IMG/VR virus record: IMGVR_UViG_3300020057_000496 | Location: 32,001-96,000 of that record | Reading direction: 5' to 3' (one strand) | DNA length: 64,000 nucleotides | DNA from: a virus | Part shown: piece after piece, positions 56,796-64,000 of the stretch | How positions within the stretch are numbered: position 1 is the first letter of the stretch | How the letters are laid out: each line of letters opens with the position of its first letter | The notes under the pieces: model-generated | The model's input: only the letters and a program-made list of their open reading frames with translations | Told to the model about the DNA's origin: nothing | Databases searched by the model: none | Made by a program: the position numbers and the translations under genes

Positions 56796-57179
56796 TTAGA
56801 TTTGTCTGCGGGACGCATGCAGCACGACTGCTCGACCGCCCCTAGCCGCGCGGCGCGCGACCCTACGGAGTTGTTCGATATTGAAGTCAAACAGCTCACA
56901 GACCGACACGAAGGTAAACGTACTCGCTCGACTAGCTGAGTCGAACCACGCCAGTGCCTCGCGTCGGCACCTAGCGGCGGCGGCTGGCTCCTTCCTACTC
57001 TGTACCGTCAGCGCGTCGAACGCTTCTTCGAGCACCGCAAGATACAGCTTGAACTGCGGGTACTCGTCTCGAAGCGACAGCGCGACCAGCTCCTCGCGAG
57101 GACAGAAGCACTCAAAGAAAGGCAAATCCTCGCCTTCAACCGGAGCCCTTACTGGTTCCACAACCACAAACACAACCAC
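56796..57179 (-). CDS. hypothetical protein
   Basis: LAVLEEA...EA..WF...FTF.SVCE pattern. Confidence 0.55.
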   Translation of the reverse strand: MVVFVVVEPVRAPVEGEDLPFFECFCPREELVALSLRDEYPQFKLYLAVLEEAFDALTVQSRKEPAAAARCRREALAWFDSASRASTFTFVSVCELFDFNIEQLRRVARRAARGGRAVVLHASRRQI

Positions 57180-57215
57180 CCCCTGCCAGGCTATGCCTGG
57201 CTATCCGGGACCTAG

Positions 57216-57485
57216 CTGACATCCTCCCCTCCCTAAAGGACGGGGCCTGCGCTCGCTGTCGGTCACCCCCCTGGTTTCCACAACCGAAATTGCCGAAACC
57301 TCAACCGTCCTATCACGAGAATTTGAGCCGCGCAAGCGGTATTTGGGCCAACCGGAAACTGCGGGTTTGCCTTTTAATGCAAACCCCCTGACCGGCCGGT
57401 TAGCTTACCGCAAGTTTCGCTCGCCGGCTACCGCTGACGAATATCTTCGCCCTGAAGAACGGGGCTACGCTCGCAAGCAGACCAG
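57216..57485 (-). mobile_element. non-autonomous IS200/IS605 derivative (ends only)
   Basis: hairpin ends ctgacatcctcccctccctaaaggacggggcctgcgctcgc (57216) and atcttcgccctgaagaacggggctacgctcgc (57443) around a structured core. Confidence 0.55.
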
Positions 57486-57489
57486 TTAC

Positions 57490-57900
57490 CTACGCAGCGA
57501 CATGCTCCTCTGGTTCCCACACGAACGCCGCAGTGCCCAGGTCTAGTTCCTCGGTGTCGGTCTGGAGAGTTACGTAAAGACGCCGCAAGCCTTCCGGCGT
57601 GACACAGCCACCGAACGGAGTAAGTAGGTCGGCGCGTGGGCGTGCAATTTGCGCCAGCGCGCGGTCTACCGCTTCAAGTGGCCGCATGCCGTTCGCAAGC
57701 TTGACTTCGTTCAGGACTGGCGTAAATATCTTGATCCAGTCTTTCCCACGAATTGCCATATAGATCAAGAAGTGCGCGGCGGTCAGACTGTTGCGCCATT
57801 CTTCATCTTGCCAGGCACGTCGCCAGTGCGCCTCTAGCTTATCGAAGCCGTCCGGTTGTTCGAAAAACGTAACTGTGATTTGTTTTCCTAATGTAAACAC
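57490..57900 (-). CDS. hypothetical protein
   Basis: GTG start near 57900 with SD aggag. Confidence 0.6.
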   Translation of the reverse strand: MFTLGKQITVTFFEQPDGFDKLEAHWRRAWQDEEWRNSLTAAHFLIYMAIRGKDWIKIFTPVLNEVKLANGMRPLEAVDRALAQIARPRADLLTPFGGCVTPEGLRRLYVTLQTDTEELDLGTAAFVWEPEEHVAA

Positions 57901-57901
57901 A

Positions 57902-58249
57902 TTATCTCCTATGGTTAGGTGTCCCGCCAAGATAGTCCTGTCGCAACTTGGCCCGCCTCGCCCGACTGGTCGCGCGTGACTCGATAAACTCCGCACTCCG
58001 GCGGGTCCGTTTTGTATTCCTTGCGAGCAATACGGTGACTGTGGCAAATCCGGCAATACCGCCCAAGAACAGTGCGATAATTCCCGGACTCGGCACGTCG
58101 CCATGTTTTGGTGCCACTGGGCTAGGAGCGGCAGCCGACGCAACGACCGTTTGTTCTTGAGCAACGGGGACGTGCGGTGCTTCGTCGCTTGCTGAGGCTA
58201 GTGCTCCATGCAGCAAGAGAAACATGGCGAAAGAGAGAAGAAAACTCAC
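57902..58249 (-). CDS. membrane protein
   Basis: signal peptide + TM helix + basic tail. Confidence 0.6.
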   Translation of the reverse strand: MSFLLSFAMFLLLHGALASASDEAPHVPVAQEQTVVASAAAPSPVAPKHGDVPSPGIIALFLGGIAGFATVTVLLARNTKRTRRSAEFIESRATSRARRAKLRQDYLGGTPNHRR

Positions 58250-58287
58250 GCAACCTCCTGAATCTACTGGTTGGTCGTACTAGTTAT

Positions 58288-58575
58288 TTACGTATCGAGG
58301 CCGTACGTGGCAGATACAACTCTTCCTATAACAATATCGCCCCTTTCGAACTTTTGGCACTTCTCTAGCTCGCTCGGGAGTTGAGCGGCAATACTCTTCA
58401 GCCAGTCGGCAAGCTCTCCCAACACGGAGATCGGAATGGTAATACTATTGTCCCCTTGTTTGAAAGCCAGGCCGCCAATAACTGGATACAGGACGTGGTA
58501 TTCCCTGTTATTGACGACGAGATAGAAATCTAATACCGGACTACGTATAATTCCACCGTCTACTGCTACCATCAA
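58288..58575 (-). CDS. hypothetical protein
   Basis: 95 aa. Confidence 0.5.
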   Translation of the reverse strand: MMVAVDGGIIRSPVLDFYLVVNNREYHVLYPVIGGLAFKQGDNSITIPISVLGELADWLKSIAAQLPSELEKCQKFERGDIVIGRVVSATYGLDT

Positions 58576-59501
58576 TCGAACCCCATCCTTCCGCTCTCTT
58601 CGTCCGAAGAGGGCTTGCCCTTTTCTAGTTTACGCAGTACTGTACGCGCCTCGTCTAGCGGGATATCCATGATCTCTGTACTGATAATCAACTCAGTCAT
58701 CGCCGAAAAGCTCAGGCCATCCGACGCCTCCAGGAGTCCGTTGATCTTCTTTTCATTCACTTCCCCTATAAGTCCGAGCTTGATCTCGATATACTGCCGT
58801 CGCATAGCCGCATCCGGCTTCTTGACCTTGATTACTCTATCGAAGCGACGCGGTCTATTTACTATGCGTTTGTTTAACTTTTCGGGAAAATTAGTAGTTG
58901 CCACAATGAATGTACCATCAACCTGAGATTCGCCATCAAGTAGGCTAAGAATGCTCTGTTCGCCGAACTTGTCGATCAGTGCGTCGATGTCTTCCATGAA
59001 GACAAGACAGATACGACCAGGTTCAAGTGCGCGGAACATACGCAGCCCAGAAACGAACACTTCCGGGTTCGTGTCAGCCTGGAACGCCGGATAGCCCATC
59101 TCGACCGCACGAGCGATGGTCCGCATAACCGTACTTGTCTTACCGGCCCCCTGTGGCCCGTACAGCAGTATGTTCCGGCGGTGCGACAGTTTTAATTGCC
59201 GATACCGGTCGGCAACGCCACAGAATTTCGCGAATTCATTCGAGACGAGTTCCGCGACGGAGTCCGGCAATGCATAAAGCTCGTCGGCGTACATCAGCTC
59301 GGGCTTGATCACGACCGTCTCGCGAACTACTCGAAAACAGTACACGCCAGGAACAAGTGCTCGCGTAGAATCACGCGTTGGCGAAAAGTACCCACGGTCC
59401 ACTTGTGCCCAGGCGTCATGCGTTCCACTCGCATATGGCTTGTTAAGTGACCGGGATGGAATATAGGTATCCTCTTCGACATCGTAGTTAGTGATCGCCA
59501 T
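58572..59501 (-). CDS. AAA+ ATPase
   Basis: ILLYGPQGAGKT, FMEDID, TTNFPE, RPRRFD. Confidence 0.9.
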   Translation of the reverse strand: MAITNYDVEEDTYIPSRSLNKPYASGTHDAWAQVDRGYFSPTRDSTRALVPGVYCFRVVRETVVIKPELMYADELYALPDSVAELVSNEFAKFCGVADRYRQLKLSHRRNILLYGPQGAGKTSTVMRTIARAVEMGYPAFQADTNPEVFVSGLRMFRALEPGRICLVFMEDIDALIDKFGEQSILSLLDGESQVDGTFIVATTNFPEKLNKRIVNRPRRFDRVIKVKKPDAAMRRQYIEIKLGLIGEVNEKKINGLLEASDGLSFSAMTELIISTEIMDIPLDEARTVLRKLEKGKPSSDEESGRMGFD

Positions 59502-59551
59502 GCCGCTACGTCCACCTCGTATTGTTCCAGTAACTCTTTATTGACAAGAAA

Positions 59552-59593
59552 TTGACACCCCCCCTCCCTAAAGGAAGGGGATTCCTACGGCGC
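59552..59593 (-). mobile_element. orphan IS605 right end
   Basis: minus strand GCGCCGTAGGAATCCCCTTCCTTTAGGGAGGGGGGGTGTCAA; no tnpB. Confidence 0.7.
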
Positions 59594-59655
59594 TAAACGG
59601 GCGAAGTAACTGGGCGTGCCCCGCCCCTATAACAATCAACGACCTACGCCGTGAT

Positions 59656-60387
59656 TCAACAACTGCGAGCACCACGGACGGCGGAAACTAAGTCGTACTT
59701 CCGCTTACCTAAATCAAATTCGTGATCCTCCTGAAGCGGCGAGAACTGGTACGTATATTCATTGGCATAATTAGTAGCAAAGTCGAACATAGGTTTCGAC
59801 TTGATAACTGGACCAATGATTTGGTACGTAACTTCGATTGGCTCCTTGCCGGACTTCCGGTGTCGCCGGAATAGCTCACTTACTGTGTCCTCGTGATATC
59901 CGATAATCTTTATCGCGAAGGCGGTATCACCTTCCAGGCATGATTCTGAATACTGAATAAACAGTAGTTTTCCCCGCTCCCTCGGCGAGAACAAATTGTG
60001 AATCAAGCTTGACCGGTCCTCGACACAAGCTACGGAAGTGTTGTTCGTGACTCCAATTTGACTTACGTCAATGATTCTAAAACTGCCGTCATGGCTACGC
60101 CACCTCCGGTCGTGCATTAATCTATGACGAACCCGAAGATGCCTGGCAATCATGACGGAGGCCAGAATTCCCCTTTCGAGAGGATTAAGTCGGACGGACG
60201 GACGGCCCAAGCCGTACTGCCTCATAATCCCGGCGGTAATCAACAGCTCTTCCGGGGTAGCGTTGAGTCGTATGCCTGATCGAGATACGCCCGTTGTGGC
60301 GGGGTTATGTGTCCCCGTGCCTTCACCAGGAGAAGCACGTTCCGTTGTAGGTAGCCAAGGCTGCGCTTGGATTGCGTGAGAGTCCAT
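59656..60387 (-). CDS. hypothetical protein
   Basis: 243 aa ORF. Confidence 0.5.
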   Translation of the reverse strand: MDSHAIQAQPWLPTTERASPGEGTGTHNPATTGVSRSGIRLNATPEELLITAGIMRQYGLGRPSVRLNPLERGILASVMIARHLRVRHRLMHDRRWRSHDGSFRIIDVSQIGVTNNTSVACVEDRSSLIHNLFSPRERGKLLFIQYSESCLEGDTAFAIKIIGYHEDTVSELFRRHRKSGKEPIEVTYQIIGPVIKSKPMFDFATNYANEYTYQFSPLQEDHEFDLGKRKYDLVSAVRGARSC

Positions 60388-60465
60388 TCCTCTAGTATCT
60401 CGTCCCAGTCGCAGTTATAGCACACAATAGTGCTCCATGTCTCACTCGTGATATAATCATCATCA

Positions 60466-60816
60466 ATGGGTAGTTTAGTAGCGAAGATTGCTTTCCTCGC
60501 GGAAGGGCTTGGAATGAAACCCAAGTCGGTCACGCGGCTCTGCGGACTTAGCCTGTCTCGCCTTGGCAAAGAGAGGGCAACGTTTACGGGGCCGAACTTG
60601 AAGTACTTGTCCGAATTACTTTCGGTCCCCGAAGAGGAGCTTTACGTCACGGGGGAGTTCCTTCCGCGAGAACTCCATGACCTGGTGTATTCCGAACCGG
60701 TCGTCAAGTTTCTGCTTTGGCTCAATGCAAAGCCGGAGAAGGAGCGTCGGGAGATTTTCCTTCTGCTTCTGGCGCTTCAGAAATCAAACTTTGAAGAACC
60801 GAGACAGCCTGGCTAA
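60466..60816 (+). CDS. HTH-like protein
   Basis: XRE-like helical pattern. Confidence 0.45.
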   Translation: MGSLVAKIAFLAEGLGMKPKSVTRLCGLSLSRLGKERATFTGPNLKYLSELLSVPEEELYVTGEFLPRELHDLVYSEPVVKFLLWLNAKPEKERREIFLLLLALQKSNFEEPRQPG

Positions 60817-61381
60817 CGTCCGACCCGGCCTCGCGCTGGATCGCTGGCTTCATCCCGTCCAGCTCGGACTCTTCGCAAGCGGAGATGGTTCGAATACAAC
60901 GGAGTAGCTTTTTGACAGGGTCGTCCACGACGAGCCCGAGATCCTCCCGCGCCTGCGCGACTGAGTACTTGCCCAGCTCGCTGCACCGTTCATTGAAGTA
61001 CTCGATCAATTCGAACGCAGACTTCCCGAGCGCGCCGTCGTGCTTGACGGCTAGGTTGAAGTAGCCCTGCTCATACATATTCAGGTCGGCGTACTTGACC
61101 TCGCCGTGCGCGAGGATCTTGTCGTTGATGTCGGCGTACTTCCGAACAGCCAACGGGCGCTCGCCAAGGATCTCGGCGGCGTTAGCAGCCGCCTGCTTAC
61201 GGGTCCGCCCGGCGGCAACCTCGTCGTCCATGAGATGTACGGCCATCCCAGTCTTGACCTGCCAGGCCCGGGCCTCAAACAGGCCGACCTGTACGTACAT
61301 GTCACGAACGTCGTCCCGCGCCGTCGGGTATGTATAGGTGTCTCCGTTCAGCGCCCGTAGGGCCTCTTTCAAATTGGTCAT
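60722..61381 (-). CDS. hypothetical protein
   Basis: 219 aa ORF. Confidence 0.65.
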   Translation of the reverse strand: MTNLKEALRALNGDTYTYPTARDDVRDMYVQVGLFEARAWQVKTGMAVHLMDDEVAAGRTRKQAAANAAEILGERPLAVRKYADINDKILAHGEVKYADLNMYEQGYFNLAVKHDGALGKSAFELIEYFNERCSELGKYSVAQAREDLGLVVDDPVKKLLRCIRTISACEESELDGMKPAIQREAGSDVSQAVSVLQSLISEAPEAEGKSPDAPSPALH

Positions 61382-61486
61382 GGCCTTTACTTACGATTCC
61401 CACAACAGAAAGGGAAGCGATTTCTTCCGCCGAGCTTACTCTCGACCATAAACCACTTGCCTTTCTGCTCGAAAGGCTTCATACTC

Positions 61487-62617
61487 ATGGAGTTGGATAT
61501 CAAATCAAATAGACCTCAACTTGGACACATCATTAGCAATGTCGCTAAGGGTGCCGAGCAGAAACGATATAGGCCCCGCGTCTCGAACTCGGGCTCCTGC
61601 CCGCGTGCCTTGACCTACGCGGCCCTTGGGACGCAAGGGTCTGGGGGCGGAAACCCCGTTCTCCTTTTCGACGGCTCGCTCCACGAGGACGCCACTGTCC
61701 ATTGGCTTAAGCAGGGAGGGTGCGAGGTCATTTTACGTCAGCAGGGCCTGGACATCGGGGTGATCGAGGGGGAAGACTCGCCGCCCTGGTTCTGTGAATT
61801 TTGCGAAAAGGAGATTGCCGGTAACATCCTACATGGACACATCGATGGGGTAATCGATGACGGCAATCACTACTATCTTTTCGAACACAAAGGGTTAGGT
61901 GATTTTGGCTTTGACAATTTAAGTCGGGAATTTCCGGTCGGGTACATCACGCAGTCCTGTGCCTACATCAAGGGACTCCAGAATGCCGGGTTCGAGATCA
62001 GCTCGGGGCTTTTGTTCGTCAAGAACAAGAACAACTCGGACTACCGGCAGATCTATATCGAATACGACAGCGAGACGGACATCGCCAGAGTAGAGAACGA
62101 ATGGAACGGCCATGTCGATCTCTTCGCGTCGGTAGTAAGGGACCTGATAGACTTACACCAGGTAGTCGCCGTAGCAAAGCAGCCGGGAGCAAACTTACCG
62201 GCGAGACCGTATGACCAGGACCACTGGAAGTGCATATACTGCGATTTTAGAGAGCCTTGTTGGTCTACCCATGCCCAGGAGGTAAGTAATTTTGTCTCCA
62301 AGGAAAAGATGTCACGGGACAGTAAGCTTGGCCGGGCGGTCGCCGAACTTATGCGGGTACGTGGCGAGAAGGCCACGGTAAGTGAGCAAGAGAAAGTAGC
62401 CAAGCGTGCGATTCATTCCCTACTTGGCGAGTTACAGATAAGGAGTGGAGAGACGGAAGACTTCAAGTTCTGGCTCAGTCCGTTTGAAAAGAAAACGCTT
62501 GACGAGAACAGGATTCCGGCGGACATTGTACAGGCAGCAACAAGAAGGATGACGTTCCAGTCGATCAAAATAAAGACGAACGAGACAGGCGCACGTTCGT
62601 CGGAACACGAACAATAA
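61487..62617 (+). CDS. PD-(D/E)XK Cas4-like exonuclease
   Basis: SCPR, G..HE, GHIDG, FEHK, Q...Y, CIYCDFREPC. Confidence 0.85.
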   Translation: MELDIKSNRPQLGHIISNVAKGAEQKRYRPRVSNSGSCPRALTYAALGTQGSGGGNPVLLFDGSLHEDATVHWLKQGGCEVILRQQGLDIGVIEGEDSPPWFCEFCEKEIAGNILHGHIDGVIDDGNHYYLFEHKGLGDFGFDNLSREFPVGYITQSCAYIKGLQNAGFEISSGLLFVKNKNNSDYRQIYIEYDSETDIARVENEWNGHVDLFASVVRDLIDLHQVVAVAKQPGANLPARPYDQDHWKCIYCDFREPCWSTHAQEVSNFVSKEKMSRDSKLGRAVAELMRVRGEKATVSEQEKVAKRAIHSLLGELQIRSGETEDFKFWLSPFEKKTLDENRIPADIVQAATRRMTFQSIKIKTNETGARSSEHEQ

Positions 62618-62627
62618 GGATAAGACG

Positions 62628-63533
62628 ATGGGTTTCAAAACAGCAAAAAGGGAAAAGCTACTCGGGAGAGTCGGCATCTGTGCACCGTCTGGTGCCGGCA
62701 AGACTTACGGCGGACTACTACTGGCGGACGGGCTCGCCGGTGAGGGCGGGAAGATTCTCGTCATCGATTCAGAAAAGGGCAAGTCCCGCATGCACGTCGG
62801 GAAGCCTGGCATTCCGGCCTATCAGGTCCAGGACATCAACAAACCGTACACGCCACAACGTTACATGGATTTGATGGACGAGGCGGCACGAGAAAAGCCA
62901 GACGTACTACTAATCGACAGCATCTCGCACGCCTGGGCAGGCGAGGGCGGCGTACTTGAGATGGTAGACCGCGCGAAGACCGGCGGTAATAATTTCGTGG
63001 CATGGCGGACACTTACGCCGATACACAATAAGTTTGTTGACCACATTCTAGAGCTTCCGTGTCACGTTATTGTCACGATGCGCACGAGGACGGAATGGAT
63101 TACGGAAAAGAACGACCAAGGAAAGGTCGCGCCACGCAAGATTGGTCTAGCACCAATCCAGCGTGACGGCATGGAGTACGAGTTCGATCTCGTTCTGGAT
63201 ATCGACCGAGAGCGACACATGGCGACTGCCAGCAAGGACCGGACTTCACTGTTCGACGAAATTCCTTTCTTTCTTTCGAAGGAGCACGGAGTAATGCTCC
63301 GGAAGTACCTTAATTCCGGAGAAGACGCCGCGCCGATACAGCCGGCCCCACCGGTAGCTCCACCTGTGGAGAGCGACCTAACCCCGGCGATGCGCAATCG
63401 CCTTAACGCCCTGGCACAGGAGGCTGGATTCGAGAATCTCGTCACGGCACTTGAAGCACTAGAGTTTCCACTTAAGACAAAGGAAGACGGCGCGGCGCTA
63501 GCCGAACTTCTAAAGCAACGGAAAGCGTCCTAA
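62628..63533 (+). CDS. Sak4-like AAA_24 ATPase / recombinase
   Basis: APSGAGKT, IDSE, IDSISHAW.GEGG, QRDGMEYEFD, KDRT. Confidence 0.88.
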   Translation: MGFKTAKREKLLGRVGICAPSGAGKTYGGLLLADGLAGEGGKILVIDSEKGKSRMHVGKPGIPAYQVQDINKPYTPQRYMDLMDEAAREKPDVLLIDSISHAWAGEGGVLEMVDRAKTGGNNFVAWRTLTPIHNKFVDHILELPCHVIVTMRTRTEWITEKNDQGKVAPRKIGLAPIQRDGMEYEFDLVLDIDRERHMATASKDRTSLFDEIPFFLSKEHGVMLRKYLNSGEDAAPIQPAPPVAPPVESDLTPAMRNRLNALAQEAGFENLVTALEALEFPLKTKEDGAALAELLKQRKAS

Positions 63534-63571
63534 GCTGAGTCTTACCAGACTCAATGAGGAGTGTATAGAAA

Positions 63572-63955
63572 ATGCGATCGATCAATAAAATCACCATCGT
63601 GGGAAACGTCGGCAGCGACCCCAAGAAGATTGAAACCAAGAAGGGGGATATGGCGTCCTTCTCTGTCGCGACTTCACGGAAGTGGAAGGACGGCGACGGC
63701 GGCGACCACGAGGAGACACAGTGGCATCGCTGCATTGCGTTCGGTCCGGTTGCCAAGATTGCGCTGGACTACGTAAAGAAGGGTTCGCCACTTTACGTCG
63801 AGGGCGAGATGCGGTACAGTAAGTACCAGAACGACGACGGCGTCGAGGTTCCGACGGCCGATGTCCGCATCCGTGACCTTGTTCTCCTGCCTTCCGGCAA
63901 GGGCAAGGCCCCAGAGGGCGGCAGCTATGATGGCGAGGACGTAGTTCCGTTCTAA
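63572..63955 (+). CDS. ssb: single-stranded DNA-binding protein
   Basis: INK..IVGNVG.DP, FSVATS, TQWHR, KGS.LYVEG; acidic tail EDVVPF. Confidence 0.95.
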   Translation: MRSINKITIVGNVGSDPKKIETKKGDMASFSVATSRKWKDGDGGDHEETQWHRCIAFGPVAKIALDYVKKGSPLYVEGEMRYSKYQNDDGVEVPTADVRIRDLVLLPSGKGKAPEGGSYDGEDVVPF

Positions 63956-63992
63956 GAATAAGGGGCTCTTCGAAAGGGGAGCCCCTTATTCT
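63955..63992 (+). terminator. intrinsic terminator-like hairpin
   Basis: 14 bp stem AGAATAAGGGGCTC / GAGCCCCTTATTCT. Confidence 0.7.
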
Positions 63993-64000
63993 GGTTCAAG

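Noticed and set aside
61487-62617. Cas4 as a CRISPR adaptation gene
   Set aside because: Context with Sak4-like ATPase and SSB is the standard phage recombination module

Overview
A 64 kb segment of a large lytic-type dsDNA bacteriophage genome, with no virion structural genes in view. Left (1-12.8 kb, mostly +): a VWA/DUF2201 protein, a Prs-like + NAMPT-like pair (NARP1-type NAD+ reconstitution), an intein-split metallophosphoesterase, tRNA-Ile(UAU), a hairpin-dense non-coding tract and TnpB. From 13 to 32.4 kb (-): dense early/host-takeover-type genes (DUF6745, CCA-adding enzyme, FtsK, DUF932, gp88-like, clamp-like) with repeated leaders. From 32.5 to 36.1 kb: a repeat-rich ori/terminus-like region ending in orphan tandem NrdR boxes. 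The standout feature spans 36.1-49.2 kb (-): a tandem array of about 26 micro-ORFs (57-93 aa) sharing an N-terminal MLYHIRTDY-type nonapeptide that is conserved at the protein level. Many also end in W-x-R-[VL]-[RK], the interiors are shuffled and hypervariable, and a small GTCG-N5/6-CGAC hairpin recurs between genes. The array is interrupted by a TnpB, a Vsr/DUF559 nuclease and a 3.6 kb GC-rich captured host defence fragment (type ISP-like MTase + truncated McrB). Right (49-64 kb): thyX, a CAP protein, a second mosaic of host defence-gene scraps (Kiwa kwaA/kwaB', XamI-like RM fragments), patatin, HNH, deaminase, AAA ATPase, orphan IS605 ends, and an exonuclease-Sak4-SSB recombination module. 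All family calls come from motif recognition by eye; no database search was run.
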